Assembly: GCF_009914755.1 (NCBI RefSeq)
Contig: NC_060931.1
Direction: 5' to 3' (one strand)
Length of the DNA stretch: 64,000 nt
Source: the human T2T-CHM13v2.0 reference genome, Homo sapiens
Shown here: positions 44,709 to 57,399 of the stretch, one piece after another
Numbering within the stretch: the first letter of the stretch is position 1
Layout: every line of letters begins with the position of its first letter
The notes under the pieces: model-generated
What the model saw: the letters and a program-made list of their open reading frames with translations, nothing else
Told to the model about the DNA's origin: nothing
The model's database searches: none
Made by a program: the position numbers and the translations under genes

Positions 44709-44881
44709 GAACTGAAGATGCTTATGAAGTCATTAGTATCATGGACTGTAAAAATCAAACACTGTGTAATTCTCAGAATACAACTAGACACTGCTCTCAT
44801 GGGAAGGAGATTGAACTATGTGTCTTGCGTCTTGGAAAAAATGCAAAGCGACTCACTAACCATGAAGAAACAGCAAATTAG
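44709..44881 (+). CDS. Candidate coding exon 2 (GTEDAYEVISIMDCKNQTLCNSQNTTRHCSHGKEIELCVLRLGKNAKRLTNHEETAN*) of the beta-defensin-like peptide; may be a decayed pseudogene
   Basis: Long pyrimidine tract + ttttag|G acceptor; open in the phase required by exon 1; 4 Cys; TAG at 44879-44881. Confidence 0.55.
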
Positions 44882-44910
44882 GAAGACAGGATGATCAATT
44901 TCCTTGTCTT

Positions 44911-44923
44911 ATTAAAAAATAAA
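44911..44923 (+). terminator. Polyadenylation signals ATTAAA (44911) and AATAAA (44918) with U-rich downstream tract
   Basis: attaaaaaataaagtctgctttcttttctctctcctttttattc, 30-40 nt after the stop codon. Confidence 0.55.
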
Positions 44924-45619
44924 GTCTGCTTTCTTTTCTCTCTCCTTTTATTCTCTAGTGACACATTTATTTATTGACAGTTTGGACAAAAGTTTATCAA
45001 GGAACTTTTCACGCTTAGGATGAATTACAACAAGAACCAACATTTCTTTAGTTCCAGCAGGTGAGAGAATACATACCTGAGAAACCAAAAGAATAGCTGT
45101 CCTGTTTGGGTTGTAGGGGAAAGTTTTGGGAATTGTGAAGTAAAGGAGGGAAGGATCTGGGATGACAATTACAGTGTGAGATACATTGATAAGGGCAGAT
45201 GTGAAAAGAGGTTATCAGGTTTTACTGTAGATTACAAATGGAGTTTTCCCTCAGTGTTTTGCAGGAGATTTTGGTAAAGAATTAGCTTTTAAATGTTTAT
45301 TTTTTGTTAAAATCTTTGATTGTAACATTTTAGCGCTTGCATTACTAAAGTGAATACTTTCTCCAGCTCTACCCAGACCAGACCTGAAAAGGTAGGAAAG
45401 TGATTCTTGGAGCCTGGGACTCCTTTCCATTGTTCTTGTCTTCTACTACGCCTATGATACCTGCAGCCCAGTACCTTTCCTCCACAGTTCCCTGATTCCA
45501 CTATGCTAGCTTCCCTTTGAAACCGCTGTGTTAAATTTTTAGGAAAATACGGGATGATGGAACAATTCTAATTTGGATAGAAAAGAGTGCCTACCCACCC
45601 AGTAGTATCTGTATTTTAT

Positions 45620-45813
45620 TATTTTTTCTTTTCTTTTTCTTTCTTTCTTTTTTTTTTTTGAGATGGAGTTTCACTCTTGGCGCCCATGTTGGCCACACCA
45701 TCTTGGGTCTCACCATCTTGGCCAGGCTGGTCTGGAACTCCTGGCCTCAGGTGATTCACCCGCCTTGGACTCCCAAAGTGCTGGGATTACAGGCGTGAGC
45801 CACCGCGCCCAGC
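45620..45813 (-). mobile_element. Internally deleted Alu with templated junction repeats
   Basis: Tail + about 25 nt of right arm joined to left arm via ccatgttggcc-acaccatcttggg-tctcaccatcttggcc; near-TSD tgtatttta/tgcatttta. Confidence 0.88.
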
Positions 45814-45939
45814 CTGCATTTTAAATAGGAAGCTTATTGCTAGTAGGTGAATTTCAGACTACATAACTAAAGAATTTAAGGCAAATATAGGAGGATCAGA
45901 CAGGATTCTGGCTGGAAACTGATGAGACATTGGAAGAAG

Positions 45940-47000
45940 TTCACAATATAAGGGCGGGGCTCCGGCACTGAAGGAGGGGTCTGGAAGCGCTGCGGGCAGG
46001 AGCAATGAAGGGAAGAAAGGCTTCAACTGACCCCTCGACCTGAAGGCCCACAGCCGGGAACACCGGCAAGGAGAACACAAGAGAATGCACGGGAAAACAC
46101 AAGTCAAAAACAATGGTTTGTCTTTTATTATTATTAAGAAGATGGAGGAGGCCGGGCGCGGTGGCTCACGCCTGTAATCCCAGCAGTTTGGGAGGCCGAG
46201 GCGGGCGGATCACGAGGTCAGGAGATCGAGACCACGGTGAAACCCCGTCTCTACTAAAAATACAAAAAATTAGCAGGGCGCGGTGGCGGGCGCCTGTAGT
46301 CCCAGCTACTCTGGAGGCTGAGGCAAGAGAATGGCGTGACCCGGGAGGCGGAGCTTGCAGTGAGCCGAGATCACGCCACTGCACTCCAGCCTGGGCGACA
46401 GAGCGACACTCCGTATCAAAAAAAAAAAAAAGAAGATGGAGGAGCAGCAGTAAGGCTTATCAACGGAAATATTCGTACTGATGAGCATAGAGGAAGAGGT
46501 TTTGTTTGCTTGTTTAAGAATCCAGGGTGGCAGCAGCAGGCCCTGCTTTTGGGGTAGAGGTGGCCAGCTAGAAGGGCATTGTACCTTCCCTGGGTCCCGC
46601 CCCTTCCCAGGTGAGCTGGGTCCCTTTGTGATGATGATGAAAATGCCTAGGAGGGGGATATGACAATGACTCGCTCCTACCGCCTACTCCAGTCCTCTCC
46701 ACCCCAAGGTAGGCAGCTTCCCGCTCCTCGTCTTGGGACCTAAACCCAGGAAGTCAAATGTCCTTTTCTAGCAGGTCGCCTGGTTAGAGGCCGTGGACGA
46801 AGCGGTCCAGGCACAGCCAGCTGCAGGGCGCGGCCTCGGCGGCGCTGCTCGTGGCCCTGGTCAGTGAGCGCACTCACTCCTGGACTAAGGTAACCCGCGT
46901 GGAGGAGACCCAGCTCCCAGGTGGCCATCCCAGTTCCCACAAAGCCCTCCCTGACTTTTAGATCTGGAAATTGTAGCCCCAGTCCCCGGTCCCAACGTCG
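45940..47000 (+). promoter_or_regulatory. CpG-rich promoter / probable non-coding first exon, split by an Alu
   Basis: Main non-repeat CpG cluster of the window; GC boxes 45952-45960 and 46596-46603; ETS caggaagt at 46747; donors ccag|gtgagc (46610) and taag|gtaacc (46889). Confidence 0.6.
46150..46430 (+). mobile_element. Young AluY with 12-bp left-arm deletion (Yd lineage)
   Basis: gagatcgagaccacggtgaaacc lacks about 12 nt of consensus; CpGs intact; TSD aagaagatggagga. Confidence 0.9.
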
Positions 47001-47399
47001 TGTGCTTTTTAATAGGTGCATGAAAAACGCAGACTGTACTATTGATGCTTCTCATGCTATAAATACATCATTATCTGTTTCTGTACTCAGTAATCCCTCC
47101 CCTCACAAATACCTAGGGCTGGTTGGTCTAGTTTTCCAATTGGTCTCCCAGTCTCAGGCTTGCTCTCAAATTCATTCTCCTTGCTTCCACTAGAGAGATG
47201 GGGAGAGGGAAGAGGGGAGGAAGGAGGGTGAAGCGGAGGGTGAGAAGAAGAGGGGAAGAGAGATGATTCTATGGCTTATCTATTTGTGTGTGTGTGGAGG
47301 GGGGACTGAATTTTAATTCATGTGTTTATGGATATGTGAACCCAAGCAAACAATTGAAACCATTAACAACAGCAATAACAGAAACAACCAGGCAAAACG

Positions 47400-47570
47400 A
47401 TTATTATAACACTTGCAGTGCTTGCTTAATTGCCTATGTGAGATAGGTGCTATTAGTATCACCTGTGTACTGATGAAGAAACTGTGGCATCTGAGAGGTT
47501 GAATAACCTTCTTGGGATCATGCAGGTTGTAAAGGGTGATGCTGGGATTCAAATCCAAGCACGTAAGAAA
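47400..47570 (-). mobile_element. MIR
   Basis: gatgaagaaactgtggcatctgagaggttgaataacct...ctgggattcaaatccaag. Confidence 0.7.
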
Positions 47571-47723
47571 GCAACCAGATACAAACTTGAGGCAACCTAT
47601 CAAGACAAATGCTAGGTAGGGCAGGCTCATAGCAGGCAATACCAACAAGCTTGATGGAGCGAAAATTGGGAGTTCTTTAATTTCTATAGAAGTAGATGTG
47701 TTGCCTTTTAAGTGAAGTTGTAG

Positions 47724-48348
47724 TGTTAATGGAAAGGGGTCCCGATCCTGACCCCTTTCCACTTCTTGGATCTCACTCAAGAAAGAATTTGGGACGAATC
47801 CATAAAATGAAAGCAATTTTATTAAGAGAGTAAAGAAATAAAATAATGGTTACTTCATAGCCATAGCAGCACTGAGGGCTGCTGGTTGGCTATTTTTATG
47901 GTTATTTCTTTATTATATCTAAATAAAGGGTGTATTATTCATGAATTTTCAGGTAAAGGGATGGGCTATTTCCAGAACTGAGGGTCTCTCTGCTTTTTAG
48001 ATCAGATAGGATAACTTTGGAATGTCGCCATGGCATTTGTAAACTGTCATGGCGCTGGTGGGAGTGTCTTTTAGCTAATGCCATATAATTAGTGTATAAT
48101 AAGCAGTGAGGACGACCAGAGGTCACTGTCTTGATTTTGGTGGGATTTGACTGGCTTCTTTACTGCATCCTGTTTTACCAGCAGGGTCTTTGTGACATGT
48201 ATCTTGTGATACTAGTCCTGCTGACCTCCTGTTTCATCCTGTAACTAAGAATACCTAACCTCCTGGGAATACAGCCCAGTAGGTCTCAGCTTTATTTTAC
48301 TCAGCCCCTATTAGAGATGGAGTTGCTCTGGTTCAAATGCCTCTGACA
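47724..48348 (-). mobile_element. MER51-family ERV1 solo LTR
   Basis: tgttaatggaaaggggtcccgatcc...gccatggcatttgtaaactgtcatggcgctggtggg...cctctgaca; 4-bp TSD gtag. Confidence 0.88.
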
Positions 48349-50529
48349 GTAGGGAGCAGGAAATAACAGGAATTGAAGATAATATACAAACAGGAACCAA
48401 CTTAAAAACACAGTCCCTATTTACAAATACGCTTTCAGTTTATAATATCTCCAATGGACTCAGTTAAAAATATAGATATTTTATGAGAGACTGCAATTCT
48501 TTTAAGAAAAGTATGTGCATTAGTATTACAAAGATATCAATTGGAATGAATCTGGATCTAGTCATATTAAGATAAGACAGCGATGCCAAAAGGCTTTGAA
48601 CTTAATCATGATACATTCAGTAGTGTGATGCTTTATTCTTGAGGTTAACAAACCAGAAAATAGAGTGCATATCAATACATTTACCTGTGAATTTATACTA
48701 ATTGGTTGACCAAAATATATGTTAGGCAATGCTTGCTTATTTTCCAAGCAATGTTAAAGAACATTAATAAAATGGATTTGAAATTCTCAGCTTAAAAAAC
48801 AAACAAACAAACAAACAAACAAAAAATAACAAAAAAATCGCCATTATCGAGTTTCCATCTCCCTGAGCTGCATCCTGGAAGTCCCTGCCAGCTGAAAGAT
48901 TTCTGAGAGGCTCTACCAGAACTAATTAGCTAAGCAGTCTGGGGCCACGCCACCACATCCCAGGAAACAGATATTGGAATCTTTGCTTTTTGAAAATCTT
49001 TGTTTTCTGAAAACAAATAGCCATACTTTGATTTCAACTTAATTCAGCGAGTTTACTGGATATTTACTGTATTTTCTGCATGGTCTCAGTTTAAACACAA
49101 ATCTGTATTCAGGAGTCTCTTGGTCTCAGTTACGTAGCAATACTATTTATGCTTCCATAATATAAATTATTTCATATAGTTGCCTGAGATAATGGGATAA
49201 TGTTTTACCAATCAAATTGACAAAGATCATATTAAGTGCTGGTGATAGGGAGGAAAATTGGTATAAGCTTTCTAAAATCACATCAGTATGAATCAGGAAA
49301 CTTGAAATGCTCTTAATTTTTTTTCACCATGTAAATAGATTTAATTAGTAAAAAATAATCTTTTTTAGTCACCTGGTCTCATATGTAGCATCATGGCTAC
49401 AATGGTAGTGCAAGTCCAGGGACAAAGAACTTTGAAAGGCTCTAGTGGTAGCCATCAGATCAGTTCTTCAAATGGTACAATTTTGTTAGTAAAGATGTCA
49501 CCTTTACTATAAAAAACTCAATTCTTTTCAATAACTAGGCAGAAGAGATGCAGTGATATAGATAAGCCATATGAGCTATATCTATCTATATATATTACAT
49601 ATGTTACAAACCTCATAATTCCACTGCTAGCATTATACAAGAAGTAATTAGAAATATGGAAGAGATTAAGGTATATTTATTGTATTGTTTCCCTTTTAGT
49701 TGAAATTCTCTTGTATATGACCATATATGTTGGAGTTCCTCACTCTTTTCATTCTCCTCTTTTTCCAAAAGCCCCTTCATCTTGCCCATAACTTCAGTTA
49801 TTTTCTGTCTATAGAGATTTGCAAATTTACTTCTCCTCTCACAGCACAGCCAAGAAACTAAATTGACACTTCTACTTGGATGTCTCAAAGACATTTCAAA
49901 TTCAGTAGCCCAAAACTGAACTTAGGTTTTTCTATCTGGTCTGCTTCCAAGTTCCTATGAGGAAACTATGTCATTCCTATACTAAAGATACTCAGTGACC
50001 TCCCATAGCTCTTAAAATAAGGCTTTGCCATGGTAATTATAAGGGTGAGTATCAAATTCTAGAAATTAATATGACCAAGCCAGGTAATTTGTTAAATGTC
50101 TTCCTTTAGGTTGTTGAATACCATACTAAACTGCTAGACATTCTAAAACAAGTAGAAATACACCAGGTATCTGACCCCAACATTCTTTTAGCTCAATTGG
50201 TAATTTTTAACTTTCTTTCCAAAGAAACTTATTATGGGTAGTAAAAAGATGATCCTTAAAACAGACTTGAGTTGGAATGAAAAGTGCAAAATGTATAATG
50301 ATTTCCATTATTGAGTTTTATCAATGGTTATTATCCTAAGAAATATTTTCTTGTGGATATAAGGTAGAGTTCTTTTGTCTGTAACTCAGGAAAACCACTG
50401 GTACAGGATCAGAAATAGATGGGTTATTTAATTAACATTCCTTAAATCTTTTGTGCAGCATTATTCTCTTGGATTCACCTTTGCAAAGAATTGAACAAAA
50501 TAGAAGCCAAAGAAGTAGACAGAAAATAA

Positions 50530-51075
<546 letters not shown>

Positions 51076-51175
51076 AGAGTTAAGTATGAATGCATCACTT
51101 TGTTAATGAATTTCTTTCTTTTAAACCTTGATAGCCTTAGAGCTGAGCCTGAGTTTAAAACAAATGCAGATTTTA

Positions 51176-52155
51176 TCTTAATTTTAAAAATATTTTAACT
51201 TTTATTTTACATTCAGGGGTACATATACAGGTTTGCTATATAGGTGAACTCGTGACCTGGGGATCTAGTGTACAGATTATTTTGTCAACCAGATACTAAG
51301 CCTAGTACCCAACAGTTATTTATCCTGAACCTGTATTAGTCCATTTTTATGCTGCTATGAAGACATACCCGAGACTGGGTAACTTATAAAGAAAAGAGGT
51401 TTAATTGACTCACAGTTCTACATGGCTAGGGAGGCTTCAGGAAACAATCATGGTGGAAGGTGAAACAGGCACATCTTACATGGTGGCAGGCAAGAGAAGT
51501 TAGAACCAAGGGAAAGGGGAAGCCCCTTGTAAAACCATCAGATCTCATGAGAACTCACTCACTATCACAAGAATGGTATGGGGGAAACTGCCCTCATGAT
51601 TCAATTATCTCTACCTGGTCCTGCCCGTGACATATGGGGATTATTACAATTTATGGTGAGATTTGGGTGGGGACACAGAAACAAACCATATCAGAACCTC
51701 TCCCTCCTCCCACCCTCCACTCTCAAGTAGGTCCCAGTGTCTGTTGTTCCTTTCTATCTGTCCATGTGTTCTCATTATTTAGCTCTGACTTATAAGTGAA
51801 AATATGTGATATTTGGTTTTCTGTTTCTGTGTTAGTTTGCCAAGGATAATGGCCTCCAGCTCCATCCATGCTTCTGCAAATGACCTAATCTCATTCTTTT
51901 TTATGGCTGCATAGTATTCATGGTATATATGCACCACATTTTCTTTATTCAGTCTACTGCTGATGGACATTTAGGTTGATTCCATGTCTTTGCTATTGTG
52001 AATAGTGCTGCAAAGAACACACGCATCCATGTGTCTTTATGGTAGAATGATTTATATTCCTCTGGGCATATACCCAATAAAGGGATTGCTGGGTCAAATG
52101 GTAGTTCTGTTTTTAGTTCTTTGAGGAATCACCACACTGCTTTCCACAATGGTTG
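51176..52155 (-). mobile_element. L1PA13-16/L1PB-type 3' end, 5'-truncated
   Basis: caggggtacatatacaggttt...; 17-bp TSD aacaaatgcagatttta (51159-51175, 52156-52172). Confidence 0.9.
51332..51693 (-). mobile_element. THE1 (C/D-like) solo LTR inside the L1
   Basis: tgtattagtcc...aaaccatatca; 5-bp TSD gaacc. Confidence 0.93.
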
Positions 52156-52297
52156 AACAAATGCAGATTTTAATGTGGGGATCACAGAAGCAAATTTGAA
52201 GTTTTTTAATACTGTTTCACTGACTGAGAAGGGCAAGAATGAGGAACCAAGATGGTGTGACTTTTAGACAATGCAGCAATATGTAAAAATTTCTTAA

Positions 52298-52622
<325 letters not shown>

Positions 52623-53859
52623 TCATAGCCTAATTTCTTGGACTAGGGGCAGGAAACATCTGAGAAAACAAATTTCTTTTGTGGCAGTCTCCAGAAACAT
52701 GCTTGTCAGCATGCCTGGAAACCTGAGTGTGAAAAGGAGTCCTGCCATAGCCTGTTGGCTTTCTTGTGGGGCACTAGAGCATTGATTGCAGAAGCACTCA
52801 CTTTTTTTTTTGGTTCAGGTAATTTTTATGTATTCACATATTAGGATGCTATAGTTCCTTGATTAACTTATTTTTTCCTCTTAAATATATGACAGATATA
52901 GGAGCAAAGCTACAAGTGCTTAAATGTATACTTTGAGAGCTGGTCCTTAGTATCTTCTGCGATGATACCCTTTGTTTTACCAATCAGCACTTCCCTTAGC
53001 ATCTTAGTGATTCACATCCTCCTCAGAAAGCCACCCCACCCATTCTGAGCTCCACAGCAGAGTGGGGTTTTCATGGTTCTGATATATGACTGATATTCAA
53101 AAGCTCACCGGAACCAACTATGCCTTAAAGCAGAAATTAGCCCTGAGGCATTCTCAAGTTAAGACCCTTCTGCTCCTACTACTATCAAATTGGGTTTAAG
53201 TAATTTTAACAAATCATCTTCTAAACCATTAATTACTAATACTTATTAATTGGAGGTTTTGAATTTCCTTACCTTTATAAAATATCATCAATTTTATTGA
53301 TTTCACTTTTTTAGGAAAGAATAACAAACCTGTCTACATTTATGAAGCAGCACATATTTAGAGGATTTTTTAACTGTGCTGAAGCTATAGTTTTAATTAG
53401 TGAAATGTAATTCACTTTGCAAATAATTTGTTCTTATAAATACTGTTCCAAGTATGTTGGTGGCACTGATACCTGATGGAGATATAAGGCAGAAAAAATG
53501 GTGTTATGCTTTAATGGAAGAGATTGTTAGCCAAAATTATTTTAAATAGTATTACCAAACCCATCTTGGGCCTGACCACCATTTGAATAAATATTCACAC
53601 TTGAAGAAACCCTGCTTGTTAAATTGTAGGTCAGATTTAGAGTCTTGCAACCTGGTTTTCTGTTCCTGACAGCGATAAATAATATTTTTCAGGGGTCATG
53701 GTTGCATTTCATGATACCCCCCAGACTAAGCTGTTACTCAGGCATTCCTACCTTTCTTAGCTTTGGTTATAAATTTATCATAAATTTCTCTAAGCATTTT
53801 AAAAATCAGTTTTATCATGGACTATAAGTTATAGTGTGGGCAATTAAAACGTAGAAATA

Positions 53860-54170
<311 letters not shown>

Positions 54171-54744
54171 CTAATAGGTTTTTTATGTGTCAGCATTTTT
54201 CCTGGGATTTATATGACCTCTAAACACACATTCCATGATATAATGAATTACTTTTTAAATTTTTATTTTTATCTGAGTAATATATAAACATAGTGTTTTA
54301 AGGAAAAAGAGTAGCCCTCAGATATACCCCATCCCCCTGATTCCTGCTTCTAGTCTGTTTTCTGTTAGTTCTTACCCCTGTATTTCTCAATAACTTATGT
54401 TTATTGCTACTTCCTGGCCTTTTTGTTATAAGTATTACATATTAGCTTTCTATCCTGGGAGATGATGATTTAGCATTCTTATATCATCTCTCTCAGACAC
54501 AGAATGTCACACACATACACACACGCATACACACTCCCAACTGCATAGATGCTTCCCCTCCTCCATTCTTTTTATCCTGCTATTTCACAACTTTTGGTTA
54601 AGTCCATATTCAGTGTTTATATCATCATGACACAATTATTATGAACCACATGTAGTGTATCATTATTATATTTCCTTATGGCTTTTCCTTAAGTTAACCA
54701 TACGTTGGTGGTTTTTTGTTTGTTTTTTGTTTTGCTTACCTGGT

Positions 54745-55530
54745 TAGCTATTATTTACTCGACACTTAGCTTATGACAAACACTGTGCTAAACACTTCAC
54801 AATATATTAACAGTTTGCACTTATGAGGTAAATATCATTATCACCCTCATGTTTACAAATGTAACTGAGACAGAGAAGTTGAATAAGTTGCCAGATCGCA
54901 AAGCTAGTAGATGACTAGCTTATGATTTGAACCTAAGCAATTTGACTCCTCCTTAACCACAGCAAAATACAAAGAAATGTCCAAAGTTTTTGAGGCTAGT
55001 TTCTTGAGAGAAGATCAGTGTTGTGAATGAAGATGAAAAAACTGGAGATAGGACTTAGCCTGGATTTTTCTTGGCAAGTGGAGAAGGAAAGGAAATGATG
55101 AATTTGTTTTGGACATGTTAGAATGATGTGATGTCAGGATATGTAAATATTTATATAATAGTTGGACATATGTTAGGAAAGAAACTTGCACTGTGGGTAT
55201 GAGTTGGAGAATCTTTGACATAGAAAAGGTTGGCTATTAGATGAGAAAGTGTGATTTCTCCAAGCAAGTGAATGCACAGAAAGAAAAGCAGAAAAGATGG
55301 GGCTGAACTTTATGGTAAATATGAAGTTAAGGTGGGGGAAAAAGAAGAGAAGCTCAGGTCAGAGAGACAATCATAAAGGTAGGAGAAGAATGAGAGAAGG
55401 GCTGAAATCCCAGCTAGAAAAGACTTTCCCCCAAAATTAACATAATACAAAGAGGGTTGTGTCCTTCAGAGAAATGGAGGAGGGTGATGAGCAAGAAGAA
55501 ATCAATCTGGAGAAAAGGTGGTTATTGACA
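54745..55530 (-). mobile_element. MIR (54745-54960) followed by L2 remnant
   Basis: aactgagacagagaagttgaataagttgcc; L2 tttggacatgttagaatga. Confidence 0.6.
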
Positions 55531-57399
55531 ACCTCCACCACAAACTATTACAAATATTAAATATAAATAACAGGAGATAGTACTACACTCTATTTTGTCT
55601 TGTTTATAATTTTTTTCATGTCTGGTGTTTCGTTATTTATTTGTTTTTGGTAGATAGAAGGAATAAATTATTATTATTATTTATCCAAATATTTCTGGGC
55701 CAAATCCCAGAAATCTGGCCAGAACTTAGGTACTGGCAAAGTCAGAGAACCACAGATCGTTAAAAATGAGAAGGACCTCAAGAGTTCATCCTGGTTTATT
55801 TCATTTTATTTATGGGGAAACTGAATTTCAGAGTGGTTGAGTGACTTCTACTACTGAAGGCTCTTGAGATGGGCCTGGAGGTCTGATGTGAAACCAGGCC
55901 CCTGCTCTCATGTATCTCAATGTGGCTTTGAAACAGCAGGTACGTTCAACTAAAAGCCTTATGCCCCCTTCTGACTTTCATATATCTCACCTTGCGGATC
56001 CAATACTGCATCATGGAGGGATATCCTGGACCAGTAAAGAAGTTTTTAAAAATCCTTAATTGTTGAATCAGAAAACTGAGCTATGCCCAATTTGTCTGGT
56101 CCCACACTTTAGGTGCCTTGATGCCTCTTTTAAATGTAATGGGTAATAGTTAGGATCAGTAGTGTCAGAACAAAATACATAGTTTTTTCTTTAAAGACTT
56201 TAAAATTGTGACATATAACTTGTAACATTGGAAAATACTGAAAATAATGGTGGTTGGGATTTTATGAATTCCTGTGTAATTTCTGTGCAGTTTAGCATAT
56301 TACCATAGCATAGGCTGCTGGAGTCACATCTGTGATTTTCTACCTATGCTGCCTTTTTGGCTGCTGATGCATCTTTTTATTCATTGGGCAGAAGATTTGC
56401 TCTAATATGTTTAGGAAAGTAAGCTGACCAACCAAAAATTTCACCGTATCCAGGAACCCATAGGATGTGTCATCGTTTCTAGAGAGAACTGTGAGCTGTA
56501 TTCTTTTATAATATAAAAACGTGTGCCTGCCATTTCAAACTACTAAACATCTAGACTAGTGAGAGTTTGGACTGTCCTATACAAGGACCCATATATAGAG
56601 TGTGATCATAGAATCATGTGCTCATAGATTGCAGTCTGTGTCTTTGGACCGGTCCATTCTTAATGGCAGTGGGGAAATAAGGCAACTTACTCAACTTCAT
56701 CAGCGACCTTACTAAAGTGGTAGAAAAAACTTCTATTTTACAGTTTAAACTTAGCCAAAAGCTTGTTACTTAAGAGCCAAAAAAACAGACAAAAAAAAGC
56801 TTAAGTACTTTGACACTGTTTTTATTTTTCAGCTCTATGCAACTCATTTTCATCTAGCATTACCTCTCCAAAACCTGAATCTCCACAAGAAAGCCACACA
56901 GCAATTAACCAGTGTTGCAAGAACTGCTTCTGTAATAAAGGTAAACCTGGGAGCTATTGATTTGAATTTTCAAAAATGTGCAAGTGGTAGGATGATTCCA
57001 GGGCAGTGTGTGACTATGTATAGCATGTAAATACACCAGCCTAGAAAACACAATGCATTGCTTGGTTTATATCAGGCAGTACCACAACCCATTTTTTTCT
57101 GAATTTTTTTTGCTGCTTTCTGCTTTTCTTTTTTAACCCTTTTCTGATTGTAGAGATCATATGTACTCATTGTTGAAAATAGGGAAAGTAAAAGAAGTAC
57201 AAATCCCACTACCCACAGCGCCTTCTGCATTTTGTAAAGCTATGACAGCACTCTCAAATATGTAAGTGAAAGAGACTCTTGATAAAAATTGAATTTTACT
57301 TTCTCTTTGCCATTAAATTTTGTGTCTAACAGAATCAGCTTAGGGAGAAATTAGCCCTTCTGACTGTTCTTCAATGTCATTTTACTTACATAGTTTTTA

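Noticed and set aside
44709-44894. Second open frame across candidate exon 2 (ELKMLMKSLVSW...KTG*)
   Set aside because: Phase 0, incompatible with the phase-1 signal exon; it does show that open frames of this length can occur by chance.
46840-46862. REST/RE1-like motif ggcgctgctcgtggccctggt
   Set aside because: About 15/21 match, with the conserved GTCC core broken.
47313-47816. 167-aa hydrophobic minus-strand ORF
   Set aside because: Runs through MER51 and MIR sequence; hydrophobicity reflects T-rich composition.
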